The notes under the pieces were generated by a model. It saw nothing but the letters and a program-made list of their open reading frames with translations, searched no databases and was not told where the DNA came from. A stretch of DNA of 64,000 nucleotides from an uncultured Halanaerobiaceae bacterium (lineage in GTDB: Bacteria > Bacillota > Halanaerobiia > Halanaerobiales > Halarsenatibacteraceae). The stretch lies in the NCBI GenBank assembly GCA_964462585.1, contig CAYXAK010000001.1, positions 1,647-65,646 of the forward strand, read 5' to 3'. Positions 49,503 to 59,840 of the stretch are shown piece by piece. The position numbers and the translations under genes were made by a program. Position 1 is the stretch's first letter. The number at the start of each line of letters is the position of its first letter.

Positions 49503-50263
49503 TACAGCTCCAGTTTAAGGCCATCAAATGCCAGATTGATATGTTCGGGGAGCTCTCTGTTTGTGCTTTTATGTTCCAGCTTATGTGACATATGCACAAA
49601 ATAAACTGCTGGCACATCGAGTTCATCGACCAGCTCTATAGCCTCCCGCAGGGAAAGATGGGTAGGATGTTTTTCCCGTCGCAATACCCCTAATATCAAT
49701 AATTCTATACCGGCGAGCATATTCCTTGTTTTCGAAGGGATTTCACTCACATCCGTTATGTAAGCCGCGGGGCCAATCCTGTAACCCAGCACCTCAGATT
49801 TTCCGTGCAGGACATTCAGGGGCTCTATAAAGCTATTATAAGGTGGAGGCAGATCATCAATTTCGTGCAGATCCGCCCGGGGGAGACCACCGCTGGCCCT
49901 GCAGCTGGAGGAAAACATATAGGAAAATATCTTCTCGATTCTCTCTTTTGTTCTGCGGTTAGAGTAGCAGTCAATGTGTCCGTTCTTCCTCCAGTTCAGT
50001 GTTCTGATATCATCAAAACCCATTATATGGTCGGCATGTTCATGTGTAAAAAGTATTATATCCGGAGTAACCGGACCGTATTCAATCATCTGCAGCCTGT
50101 GTTCAGGTGGGGTGTCTATCAGCATGCAACAGCCCTCATATTTGACATAGAGGGAGGTTCGGTATCTGGTGTTGCGGGGATCATCAGATGTGCAGGTATC
50201 GCATTTACATCCCGGCACAGGTACACCATGAGAGGTCCCCGTGCCCAAAAATTTAATCATCAT
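49502..50263 (-). CDS. Metallo-beta-lactamase fold phosphodiesterase (PhnP-like)
   Basis: FLGTGTSHGVP..GCKC..C, THEHADHIMG, YITD, HMSH; start 50260-50281 uncertain. Confidence 0.88.
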   Translation of the reverse strand: MMIKFLGTGTSHGVPVPGCKCDTCTSDDPRNTRYRTSLYVKYEGCCMLIDTPPEHRLQMIEYGPVTPDIILFTHEHADHIMGFDDIRTLNWRKNGHIDCYSNRRTKERIEKIFSYMFSSSCRASGGLPRADLHEIDDLPPPYNSFIEPLNVLHGKSEVLGYRIGPAAYITDVSEIPSKTRNMLAGIELLILGVLRREKHPTHLSLREAIELVDELDVPAVYFVHMSHKLEHKSTNRELPEHINLAFDGLKLEL

Positions 50264-50281
50264 CTTTAATACACCACTCAT

Positions 50282-52363
50282 TCAATAAATTTTTTCTATA
50301 TCTATATCGTGATAAAAATTGGTAAATATCTCTCTGTAGCCCAGCCCTGCAGCGGCCATATTGGCAGCTGCAGTCTGATCCATGCCAACTCCATGTCCCC
50401 AGCCGGCACCATGCAATATTACGCTGACAAAATTCCCTTCAGAATCAAGCTCTCTGTGCAGGAAAAACTTATTGCTTCTCAACCCGCCCAGTGAGCTGCG
50501 TATCGTATCACCGGACAGAATAATATTATCTGCACCACCTCTTATCTTCAGGGAGTTGATATAGCCGGCGGGAGTTCTGCTCTCAACTATGATGTCCTCT
50601 ATCTCTGCCAGATCAAACTGCCGCCTGAGAAATTCGGCATCAACTTCTCTAATCCAGCGATAGGCCTCTGCACTTGTATAACCTCCGGGGCCGGAAAATG
50701 TCCGCACATCTTTCAGATGCCAGTCCTGTAGATCCCCGGGCAGAAGTGGGAACTCATATTCTGCTTCCAGCTGGAGATTCTCACCGGTCAGATAGGAGAG
50801 CTCTCCCCCCCATATTTCCTCGCTGGCCCCGGTATGGCCGCCGCTGTTACTGCTGTATACTGCCGTAATTATCTCATCCTCATATATTCCAACTTCTCCT
50901 GCGGTCTGCTGGACCGCGCTGCTGCTGGTTTCAGCTTCAGAATTTACGCCCTCATAGACCTGACAGTGAACGGTATCACACAGGTCATATTCAGAACCGC
51001 TGTGGCGGTTTTCCAGATTGCTGAGAGCATAACTTCTCACCGCCAGAGCCTGAGCTTTGAGAGCTTCTTCAGGCCAGTAAGATGGCATCTCAGCCGGAAC
51101 AACAGAAAGAAGATATTCTTCCAGGTTGAGTTCGTTTATCATTATGAATTTACCCTCATCTTTTTGAGGTGAGAGAATCAGCTTACCTCTGTACTGTCTG
51201 TCCTCACTTCCAGCCCAATAATAATCCTGACCATAGGCTACGTTCTGGATCATAAAGGAAGAGCTTTCTTGGCTGGATTCAATGGTAAGATATTCATCTG
51301 CGGGAAAGATTGCCCGCTTTTCCGGTGAATCCTCCTTCTGCAGAAGAAAATCACCCTCCTGCATTGAAATTCGCCATATATCCTCTTCCTCACCGCTTAT
51401 CAGCCTGTTATTATTTTCCGTTCTGACTGTAAAATTGCTGTCAAAGGCGATTAAAGCCTTATGGCGGCTTTCACCCAGTCTGACCCTGACACGGGGTATA
51501 TCAGAAAATTCGGGGACTTCTCTCACCTCACTCCATTCAGGCTGCCACGGCACCTCAACTTCAGGGGGATGATCCTCTCTTTCTTCAGGAACGGGGGCGG
51601 GAAGCATATTTTCAATGCGTTCTATATTCTCCTCTGCTTCCTCCGGCAGTATGCCTGTTCTTAGGCTTTTCTGCCAGTAATTTAGAGCATGCCGATATTC
51701 TTCTTTTTCCTCGTATATCTCAGCTTTTCTGGGATAGAGATAGTTAAGTGAACCATCCTCATCAAGAGCTTTTTCATAGTATGTTAGTGCCGGTTCTTTC
51801 TCCCCACTCTGCTCTTTTAGCTCTCCCAGAGCCACGTAAAACTGAGGGCTTTTCTGCCGGGACAGACCCTCCAGCCAGCTGGAACGGGCCTTATTTAACT
51901 TTCCCCGCGCCAGTGCATTTTTGCCCTGATAAAAATATGCTCTTTTGATCTCTGTCTTATCCAGATCATCTGCCCTTCCATCTTCCAGGGCTATTATAAG
52001 CTCATCGAAGAGAATTGAAGCCTCTTCTCTCTTGGCGGTCTGATAGAGAGCAACTGCCGTCTCCAGCTTCAATCCCTCATCATCCGGCTTTAACTCCATA
52101 GCTTTTTGCATTCTATCGGCATAATCCGACATCTCTCCTTTCTCCTTAAAGAGAAATGCCTGATGGCGGAAAAGGTCGGCTTTCTCCTCATCACCAGCAT
52201 TTTCCTCTATAAAAACCTGCAGATGATCTATGGCTTTTTCGTATTCACCGGAGTGATAGAGCTCAGCAGTTCTCTCAAGTGCTGTTAATTCAGCTGAGCC
52301 CAACGGTATTATCAGGACAATGATAGATATTATGAGAAAGTATTTTGAGTATGGCACCGGCAA
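50282..52363 (-). CDS. Exported TPR-repeat protein with a C-terminal SpoIID/LytB domain
   Basis: Signal peptide, TPR-like helices, EEYLLSVVPAEM...EALKAQALAVRSY, CDTVHCQVY, GWGHGVGMDQ. Confidence 0.9.
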   Translation of the reverse strand: MPVPYSKYFLIISIIVLIIPLGSAELTALERTAELYHSGEYEKAIDHLQVFIEENAGDEEKADLFRHQAFLFKEKGEMSDYADRMQKAMELKPDDEGLKLETAVALYQTAKREEASILFDELIIALEDGRADDLDKTEIKRAYFYQGKNALARGKLNKARSSWLEGLSRQKSPQFYVALGELKEQSGEKEPALTYYEKALDEDGSLNYLYPRKAEIYEEKEEYRHALNYWQKSLRTGILPEEAEENIERIENMLPAPVPEEREDHPPEVEVPWQPEWSEVREVPEFSDIPRVRVRLGESRHKALIAFDSNFTVRTENNNRLISGEEEDIWRISMQEGDFLLQKEDSPEKRAIFPADEYLTIESSQESSSFMIQNVAYGQDYYWAGSEDRQYRGKLILSPQKDEGKFIMINELNLEEYLLSVVPAEMPSYWPEEALKAQALAVRSYALSNLENRHSGSEYDLCDTVHCQVYEGVNSEAETSSSAVQQTAGEVGIYEDEIITAVYSSNSGGHTGASEEIWGGELSYLTGENLQLEAEYEFPLLPGDLQDWHLKDVRTFSGPGGYTSAEAYRWIREVDAEFLRRQFDLAEIEDIIVESRTPAGYINSLKIRGGADNIILSGDTIRSSLGGLRSNKFFLHRELDSEGNFVSVILHGAGWGHGVGMDQTAAANMAAAGLGYREIFTNFYHDIDIEKIY

Positions 52364-52395
52364 ACTCTCTCCTCTCCAGCATAATTTATCCGAAA

Positions 52396-52848
52396 TCAGA
52401 AGTTCCAGAGTGTAAGACCCGAGCGGGGATCCTCTCTGCGAAACTGAGGCTCACCCTTATATTCCTGAATTATTGTCTCGGCCACGAAAACCTCTGTTCC
52501 CCGGGCCAGGTGTCCGCCGAAAGCCCGGCTCTCTTCGTCACCGAGAACGATATGGGCGTGGATAACAGGGCTTTCATCCTGGAGTGAGATATTGCCCATA
52601 CAGTGCAGTATTTCCAGGGGTTTATCGAACTCATGATATTCATATTCCATCTTCTCCTGATCAAAATAACCGAGCCTGGCACTTCTTACCGCCCCCAGCA
52701 CCTGCACAAATCCAGAACTGATACCCAGCTTTTTCACCGTCTCTTCCAGGCCCAGCAGCAGATCCTCTCCTCGGGAGATGTTTCCCTGCCAGCTCTGTCC
52801 AACCTGAAAGCTTTTGAACCCTTCCAATCTTTTTTCTTCAGAATTCAT
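52396..52848 (-). CDS. PPC / DUF296 domain protein
   Basis: GEDLL, LGAV, EILHCMGNIS, HAHIVLG, FGGHL. Confidence 0.88.
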   Translation of the reverse strand: MNSEEKRLEGFKSFQVGQSWQGNISRGEDLLLGLEETVKKLGISSGFVQVLGAVRSARLGYFDQEKMEYEYHEFDKPLEILHCMGNISLQDESPVIHAHIVLGDEESRAFGGHLARGTEVFVAETIIQEYKGEPQFRREDPRSGLTLWNF

Positions 52849-53494
52849 CCATATCACCCTCTCTCTTTAAATTTGAATAGTAATCACAGTATTTTCGGAG
52901 AGAACACTTCTCACAGCGGGGATTTCTGGCCTTACAGGTTTCCCGGCCGTGATATATCAGCCGCAGATGCATATCTCCCCACTCATCCTCGGGGATTTTA
53001 TCTCTCAGCTGTCTCTCCACCTCGTCTCGATTATCACTATCAGCCAGGCCCAGACGGTTTGAGACCCTGAAAACATGGGTATCGACAGGAAATGCCGGTC
53101 TGGAAAAAGCGGCGTACATGACAACACTTGCTGTCTTGCGGCCCACACCGGGAAGCTCCAGCAGCTTATCAAAATCTGCCGGCACTTTTCCGGAAAAATC
53201 TTCTATGATCCTGCGGCTGGCTTCGATTATAAATCTGCTCTTATTTCTGAACAGGCCGATCGAGCGGATCTCTTCTTCCAGTGTTTCCCTGTTCAGGCTG
53301 GCAAATTCCTCCGGTGAGGAATATCTGTCAAAAAGGTCAGATGTCACCTTGTTCACCTGTGAATCGGTGGACTGAGCGGAGAGTATGGTTGCCACCAGCA
53401 GCTGAAAAGGTGTGTCAAATTTGAGAGCCGTGCTGGGCAGCGGGTATTTTTCCGCCAGGATTTCTCTTATCCTTTTTGTATTTTCCTGCTGCAA
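52838..53494 (-). CDS. nth: Endonuclease III
   Basis: LVATILSAQSTD, LPGVGRKTA HhH, VDTHVFRV, CKARNPRCEKC...C. Confidence 0.96.
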   Translation of the reverse strand: MQQENTKRIREILAEKYPLPSTALKFDTPFQLLVATILSAQSTDSQVNKVTSDLFDRYSSPEEFASLNRETLEEEIRSIGLFRNKSRFIIEASRRIIEDFSGKVPADFDKLLELPGVGRKTASVVMYAAFSRPAFPVDTHVFRVSNRLGLADSDNRDEVERQLRDKIPEDEWGDMHLRLIYHGRETCKARNPRCEKCSLRKYCDYYSNLKREGDMDEF

Positions 53495-53585
53495 TTTCTA
53501 TCTCCTTTCCACTATTTAAGATGTTGTGCTGGATATCCATAGATGATAAGATTATATTGAAATAAAAAAACAGGAGGAATAAAAT

Positions 53586-54161
53586 ATGGTCAAAAGGTTC
53601 GGCTTCGATATAGATGGCGTTCTGACAGCAGAAGGCCGGGGTGATGAAAATATCTGGACCAGATATCTGGCCAGATACCTCGATGATAGGGTTGAAATTA
53701 AAGAAAACAGCTATGACTTCTGCCGGGCCTATGATATCTCACGTTCCACGCTGGAGGATTTTTTGCAGAAATATTTAACTGATATCTATGCCTCAGTACC
53801 TCCAGCTCCCGCAGCAGATGCTGTTTTAAAGGAGCTCAAAGAAAACAACAGCAGGATAATTCTGATAACAGCCAGAGATTCCCGGCACAGAAAAACAACC
53901 GAAAACTGGCTGGAAAAACACGGCATAGAGTATGACCGACTTATACACGACAGTGATAAGGCCCGGCGGGCAGAACAGATGAATTTAGAGCTTTTTGTCG
54001 ATGACAAAAAGGAGAATGTGATCAGTTTAAATGAAATCGGTGTGCCGGTGCTGTTATTTGACCGCCATCACAATCAGGATCTGGATGAAAGCCACTATCT
54101 GGCCCGTGTTGACAGCTGGTCCGAGATAAAGAATATAATCGAGGAGCGCTTTTATCTGTAG
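53586..54161 (+). CDS. HAD-superfamily 5'(3')-nucleotidase-like protein
   Basis: FDIDGVL, LITAR, K...FVDD motifs. Confidence 0.82.
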   Translation: MVKRFGFDIDGVLTAEGRGDENIWTRYLARYLDDRVEIKENSYDFCRAYDISRSTLEDFLQKYLTDIYASVPPAPAADAVLKELKENNSRIILITARDSRHRKTTENWLEKHGIEYDRLIHDSDKARRAEQMNLELFVDDKKENVISLNEIGVPVLLFDRHHNQDLDESHYLARVDSWSEIKNIIEERFYL

Positions 54162-55798
54162 GCGCTCTTCCCTATAAATTCTCTCAGAATGGAAGTCTGG
54201 GGTACGGCCAGATCAGGCATGGGGGTCACATAGGAGAGAACTTCTCTTAACCTCCTGGCCTCATGGTAGATAGGGCTGGAGCGATCTACTCTCTTCAGCA
54301 GAGGCAGCAGGTACTTTTTTATGACTGCCAGTTCATATATAAGAGCGGAGTTGAACATGACATCGGCATTTTCCTGGAAGGGAAAAATGTTCTCCTCCTC
54401 TCCGCTTCTAACCTGAGGCCACCAATCTATTGTGGTCTCAATATCATGCCCCCGGTATTTATAATCCCTGATTATCCTCCTCATAAGCCGGGTGTCCGAA
54501 GTGGGCATTCTGTTATGTTGATCAATGTTGAGCTGGGTCAGTGCGCTGACATAAATCTTGAACTTCTGATTTTTGGGTATTACAGGTGTGAGATTCTCAT
54601 TTAAACCGTGGATTCCCTCCACAAGCACCGGCTGATCCTCTTCTATCTGCAGCTTCTCTCCGCTCATCTCCCTCTCGCCGGTTTCAAAGTTGAATTCGGG
54701 CAGCTCTATCTCCTCTCCCTGGATCAATTTGAGAAGATGCTCGTTGAAGAGATCAAGATCGATGGCCTCCAGGGCCTCGAAATCCTTATTTCCTTCCTCA
54801 TCCACCGGTGTCTCCTCCCGATCGACAAAATAGTCATCTGTGGAGATGGCCACGGGTTTGAGACCATCTGCCCTGAGATGTGTGGCCAGCCGGTGGGTGA
54901 AGGTGGTTTTGCCCGAAGATGTGGGACCGGCTATGAGTATGATCTTTCTGTTCTCAATTTCTTCATAGATTTGATCGGCAATTTTGGCAATTTTTCTCTC
55001 ATGGAGAGCCTCGGAAATCCTCACCAGCTCCTGATGTTCATCATCTGCAATGATCTGGTTGAGATCTGATACGTGTTCCACACCCAGGATTTCCCCCAGC
55101 CTTTCGTATTCCAGAAACATATTCGCCAGCTTGGGCTGATCGACAAATTCCGGAACCCTCTCCGAATTCTGGGTGTGGGGAAAGAGCAGGACAAAACCAG
55201 GCATACAGTAATGCAGATTAAACTTTTCCAGGTAACCGGTGGAGGGAAGAAGTGGATAATAGAAATAATCATAGTAATCTTCCAGCCTGTAAGCCTTAAA
55301 ATCATCACAGTCATCACATCTCTTCAGAAGTTCGATTTTATCCTCATGCCCTTCCTCCCGGTAAACCTCTATGAGCTCATTTTTGCTGAATCTTTCCTCG
55401 ATCAGGGGAATGTTATCCTCCTTCAGATCGTTCATCTTTATCTTTATTCTCTTAAGGTCATGGCGTGTAAGGGGAGAATCCTTCAGCAGTTCACAGTATA
55501 CACCGTTGCTGAGGGAATGCTCAATTTTAAGATCGGCATCAGGGTAGAGATCATATACAGCTTTGCATAAGAGCATAAAAAGACTGCGCCTGTATACTCT
55601 ATTGCCCAGCTCCTCCCCCCTGTTTACGGTCTTTACACTGCAATTTGTATCGGGACTGTAGTTCAGGCGGTGGATATCATTATCGATAATAGCCGCCACT
55701 ATTCTGTTGCTGGAAAGAGAGCTGGCCTCAAACATCTCCGCCAGTGTTAATCCCCGCTGAAAACTATGATCTTCTCCGTCGATGGTAATCTCTAACAT
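54152..55798 (-). CDS. Nucleoside (uridine) kinase-like protein with an N-terminal ThrRS-like domain
   Basis: N-terminal TGS/ThrRS-like region (YRRSL, HSLSNGVY), IAGPTSSGKTT, STDDYF, EGIHGLN. Confidence 0.87.
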   Translation of the reverse strand: MLEITIDGEDHSFQRGLTLAEMFEASSLSSNRIVAAIIDNDIHRLNYSPDTNCSVKTVNRGEELGNRVYRRSLFMLLCKAVYDLYPDADLKIEHSLSNGVYCELLKDSPLTRHDLKRIKIKMNDLKEDNIPLIEERFSKNELIEVYREEGHEDKIELLKRCDDCDDFKAYRLEDYYDYFYYPLLPSTGYLEKFNLHYCMPGFVLLFPHTQNSERVPEFVDQPKLANMFLEYERLGEILGVEHVSDLNQIIADDEHQELVRISEALHERKIAKIADQIYEEIENRKIILIAGPTSSGKTTFTHRLATHLRADGLKPVAISTDDYFVDREETPVDEEGNKDFEALEAIDLDLFNEHLLKLIQGEEIELPEFNFETGEREMSGEKLQIEEDQPVLVEGIHGLNENLTPVIPKNQKFKIYVSALTQLNIDQHNRMPTSDTRLMRRIIRDYKYRGHDIETTIDWWPQVRSGEEENIFPFQENADVMFNSALIYELAVIKKYLLPLLKRVDRSSPIYHEARRLREVLSYVTPMPDLAVPQTSILREFIGKSAYR

Positions 55799-56906
55799 TG
55801 CTGAATTCCTCCTCACCTCTGCAGTGCTCTTTCAGTTCAGTTTTGTTCAGGTTATCCTCTTCAGATTCGAGCTGTGAACGCAGGAAATTAACTGCCCTCT
55901 CCTTATCTCTGCTCCAGTACCATCTGTAAAGACAGTAATAGGCGTGATATCTGAGCACAGATGATCTGGATCGGGTAATCTCCTTTACCAGGTTTTCATG
56001 TGTGGGCTTTTTATTATTGCCCAGCACGATGAGCATATTTCGGACCAATATACGCGCTCCCCTCCAGCTGAAGGCATATCTTGCAAAGGAATGCGGCAGC
56101 TTGTTTCTGTCAAATCTGAGTATCTCCTCCACCGAGAGATTATCGACTTCCGTCCAGTCTGAGATATGATCGGACTGAAAACTATCATCTTTTTGGTTAT
56201 AGGGACACACATCCTGGCAGATATCACATCCCCAGAAATTATTCCCCATCCCGGCCAGAACCGGCCAGGGCATTCGCCCTGTCTCCTGGGTGAGGGCGCT
56301 GATACAGCTATCTCTATCCAGAGCCGGCCCATCTTTTAGGGCAGAGGTGGGACAGCTCTGCTGGCAGAGTCTACAGTCAGCACAGAAGTATTCAGTTCCC
56401 TTCTCTGCCGCTGTAACAGGCCTGTGAGAGCTTATATCGAGCGGGGTGGCCACAACCCCCAGAAAGGCAAAGGAGCCGTATCTGGGCGATATGAGCAGCG
56501 TGTTCCGCCCCTGAAAGCCTATCCCAGCCTTGACGGCAATCTGCTTTTCCGGCAGAGGATGGCTGTCAATACCGCACCAGCTGTGATTGGCCCCGCTTCT
56601 GCGCGAGAGTTCAGCAACAATATTTTCCAGTTTTCTTCCCAGAACATCATGATAATCCTGCAGTCGGGCGAATTTTGCTATATCTATCTCGATGCTGTCG
56701 TCCTTTATATCATCGAACCGTACCGATTCTGTCCGGGGATAGGGATGAAGAAAAACCAGAATGTTCAGCGTATCCGGGGGCAGAATATCCATCTTTTCCA
56801 TACCGGCCTCTTCCAGCCGGGAAACAGAAACAGACCCGGCAGATCTGAAACCATGCTGCCGGGCCAGTTCCTCAATCTCTTCGATATGCATTTTATTCTG
56901 CTGCAA
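55764..56906 (-). CDS. queG: Epoxyqueuosine reductase QueG-like Fe-S protein
   Basis: DYHDVL, EKQIAVKAGIGFQGRNTLLI, YGSF.FLG, CADCRLCQQSCPT, WGCDICQDVCPYN. Confidence 0.8.
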   Translation of the reverse strand: MQQNKMHIEEIEELARQHGFRSAGSVSVSRLEEAGMEKMDILPPDTLNILVFLHPYPRTESVRFDDIKDDSIEIDIAKFARLQDYHDVLGRKLENIVAELSRRSGANHSWCGIDSHPLPEKQIAVKAGIGFQGRNTLLISPRYGSFAFLGVVATPLDISSHRPVTAAEKGTEYFCADCRLCQQSCPTSALKDGPALDRDSCISALTQETGRMPWPVLAGMGNNFWGCDICQDVCPYNQKDDSFQSDHISDWTEVDNLSVEEILRFDRNKLPHSFARYAFSWRGARILVRNMLIVLGNNKKPTHENLVKEITRSRSSVLRYHAYYCLYRWYWSRDKERAVNFLRSQLESEEDNLNKTELKEHCRGEEEFSNVRDYHRRRRS

Positions 56907-56932
56907 AAAGCCGCCTCCTCACAATCTATCCC

Positions 56933-59815
56933 TTAATTTTCTGCTTCCAGCCGTTCCAGCAGATTTTCCAGTCTCTGCATGCTCTGACCGTACTCGGCCC
57001 AGTCACCCTGCTGCATGGCCTGCTGGGCTTGACGATAGGCACGGGAGATATCGGCTATGATATCCTCTGCTTCTTCCGGCAGAGCTTCAATATCGATCTC
57101 CTCTTCCACTTCCGGCTCCACTGCAGGCGGGTCAAGAGGTTCTTCGGGATCCTCTTCCGGCAGTTCAGCCTCCAGATCCGGCTCGGGCATATCTATATCA
57201 TCTTCCATTCCTTCCAGCTCTTCTGCTTCAACATCCTCTATATCATGTGTGGGGTCTCTTTCTCCAAAGACAACTTCCAGGCCTCTTTCCAGATTATCCT
57301 CCATGGCTATTCTATCGCCATAGGCAACTATGACCTGGCGCAGTTCGGGCAGAGCTCCCCTTTCCGCCTGCAGATAAACCGGTTCGATATATACGATCGA
57401 ATTTTCCACGGGCAGCACCAGCAGATTACCCCTTATAACCTGTGAACCGACCTGATCCCACAGGCTCAGCATCTGGGATATATAACCGTGCTGATCTATC
57501 CGGGATTCGATCTGTGAGGGTCCGTAGACCAGCTCACCCCGGGGGAAGCTGTAGAGTTTGAGTTCACCGTAATTATCACCGTCAGATCTGGCACCGAGCC
57601 AGGCCACCATGTTGTTTCTCTGAGCGGGTGTAAAGGGCATCATCAGCGTAAACTCAACCTCATCCTCTCCGGGCAGAACGGTGGAGATATAATAGGGTTC
57701 AACCGGTATCTCCTGGCCGGCATAATTTTCCCGGGGGATCTCCCAGACATCCTCGCGGTTGTAGAAAATATTGGGATCTGTCATATGATATATTCTGTAA
57801 ATATCGGTCTGAATGGAGAATAGATCCCGGGGATAGCGGATATGAGGCCTCAGGCCCTCCGGCATCTCCTCCAGTGAATGGAACATGTCGGGGAATATAC
57901 TGGCATAGGTGTTAACTATGGGATCATCCTCTTCAGCTATATAGAAATTCATATCTCCCTCATAGGCATCTACGACGACTTTGACCGAATTTCTCACATA
58001 GTTCATATTCTGGTTGTAGGGTTCAGAATAGGGATAGCGGTTTGATAGCGTGTAGGCATCCTGTATCCAGTGAATTCTGCCATCTGCCAGCACCGGATAG
58101 GGATCATCGTCATACTGCAGGAAGGGAGCGACCTTATTCACCCTTTCCTGTATATTCCTGTCGAACATAATTCTCGACTCATCTCTGATGGTATCGGCCA
58201 GCATAATCTGAATATCCTGATACCTCAAAGAAAATAATGCCCTGCGGAAAAGTCCTCTCATCTCCACACCGCCGCTGCCTTCATACTGAGTATAGACATT
58301 CTCTCCGTTGACGGGATAGTGAAATTCACCCTCTTCATTGTTGGTTATTACATATTCGTTGGTGTTTTCGCCGTAGTAGATCGACTGCTCTTTTATCTCC
58401 AGATCTGTATCGGTTCTGGGCGGTATATCCTGAATGAGAAACCGGGGCAGCCCTTCTTCGGTCGCCTCGCTGACTCCTGTCATAACCGTGCCATAACCGT
58501 GAGTATATTGAAGGTGGCGGTTGACCCATGTCTGAGCATGTGAGGGTAGATTGTCCTTATCCAGCTCACGCAGGGAAAGCATTACCTGGCGGTATTCACC
58601 ATTTATCTGATAGCGATCGACATCGACATCTCTAAAGGAATAATACTGTCTCAGTTCCTGCAGCTGGCTGAATGTGGTCTGCAGCGGCCTCTCATCCCAT
58701 AATCTCACATTTTCAAATATTCCCGGATTGTTATCGATATTCTCCCGGGAGAGATTGTAATCGAGCTGAAAGCTCTCCTCCTCCACCTCGTCGAGGTCGT
58801 AGGCGGCCAGCGTCATCTCAATATTGTTCTCAATATAGGGCCTTTCCCGGGCGAGTTCATTGGGTTCCACCCTGAATCTCTGCACAAACTGAGGATAAGC
58901 CGCACCGAAAAATACTGCGGCCACAAGCCAGACACCTATCACACCGAGTATCAGCTTGTATTTCTTTCTGTAGAGAGAGAATAGTACAAGTCCTGTCAGT
59001 ATCACGACCAGCACCAGCAGAATCCTAAGGCCCGGCAGTGTGGCATGAATATCCGTAAAGCTGGCCCCGAAGGCCACACCCCTATCGGAATAGAGAAGTT
59101 GATACATCGAAAGCCGGTAGTCTACAATCTTGGTTACGAGATATAGGGCCAGAAGTATTGTCAGGTGTTTCTTGGCTCTGGCCGATAGATTGAAGTCCAT
59201 CTTCTCTCCGGGATTTGAGCCCACACCGCTGAGAAAACCGGAGGTGAACAGATAGATAAAGCCGACCAGTATTGCGGTCAGCACAACTAAAAGCACGGCA
59301 ATCTCCCGTGCGAATTCCCAGACGGGAAGGCTGAATAGATAAAATGATATATCATTGCCAAAGATAGGATCTGTGATTCCTGCGGGCTGCTGGTTGAGAA
59401 ATTTCAGCACAGGTTCCCAGATGCCTGAACCAATAGTGCTGAATATCAGTGCCATAAACAGGCTGAAGCCGAGATATAGTATTTTTATCCGCCCGGCTGT
59501 AAGCCAGTCCAGAACCGGCATCTGTCTGTCCTGGAATATCGAGCTGACCTGATCATCATCGTAAACATTGATAGAGAGCATGACCTCTTTTTTGGTGTAG
59601 CGCAGGTTGAAATAGAAAAATAAAAAGGCTATGACCCCAATTAAGACCCTAAGTCCAATTTCCGTCAGAATTCTGGTCAGATATGCGTCCAGAAAACCCA
59701 CTTCGCTGAACCAGAGAATATCTGTAAAAAACCTGCTGCCGCTCACCAGAATGACAATTCCCAGGATAATAACTCCCAGAAGGGTGAGCAGGATAGACTT
59801 CATTTTGCCGTCCAT
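56933..59815 (-). CDS. UPF0182 family membrane protein
   Basis: TDILWF, DPIFGNDISFY, PNELARERPYI, NVRLWD, DVDRY, YTHGYG, NYVRNSVK. Confidence 0.93.
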   Translation of the reverse strand: MDGKMKSILLTLLGVIILGIVILVSGSRFFTDILWFSEVGFLDAYLTRILTEIGLRVLIGVIAFLFFYFNLRYTKKEVMLSINVYDDDQVSSIFQDRQMPVLDWLTAGRIKILYLGFSLFMALIFSTIGSGIWEPVLKFLNQQPAGITDPIFGNDISFYLFSLPVWEFAREIAVLLVVLTAILVGFIYLFTSGFLSGVGSNPGEKMDFNLSARAKKHLTILLALYLVTKIVDYRLSMYQLLYSDRGVAFGASFTDIHATLPGLRILLVLVVILTGLVLFSLYRKKYKLILGVIGVWLVAAVFFGAAYPQFVQRFRVEPNELARERPYIENNIEMTLAAYDLDEVEEESFQLDYNLSRENIDNNPGIFENVRLWDERPLQTTFSQLQELRQYYSFRDVDVDRYQINGEYRQVMLSLRELDKDNLPSHAQTWVNRHLQYTHGYGTVMTGVSEATEEGLPRFLIQDIPPRTDTDLEIKEQSIYYGENTNEYVITNNEEGEFHYPVNGENVYTQYEGSGGVEMRGLFRRALFSLRYQDIQIMLADTIRDESRIMFDRNIQERVNKVAPFLQYDDDPYPVLADGRIHWIQDAYTLSNRYPYSEPYNQNMNYVRNSVKVVVDAYEGDMNFYIAEEDDPIVNTYASIFPDMFHSLEEMPEGLRPHIRYPRDLFSIQTDIYRIYHMTDPNIFYNREDVWEIPRENYAGQEIPVEPYYISTVLPGEDEVEFTLMMPFTPAQRNNMVAWLGARSDGDNYGELKLYSFPRGELVYGPSQIESRIDQHGYISQMLSLWDQVGSQVIRGNLLVLPVENSIVYIEPVYLQAERGALPELRQVIVAYGDRIAMEDNLERGLEVVFGERDPTHDIEDVEAEELEGMEDDIDMPEPDLEAELPEEDPEEPLDPPAVEPEVEEEIDIEALPEEAEDIIADISRAYRQAQQAMQQGDWAEYGQSMQRLENLLERLEAEN

Positions 59816-59840
59816 TTTATTACCTCCTGCTGCCTCATTT

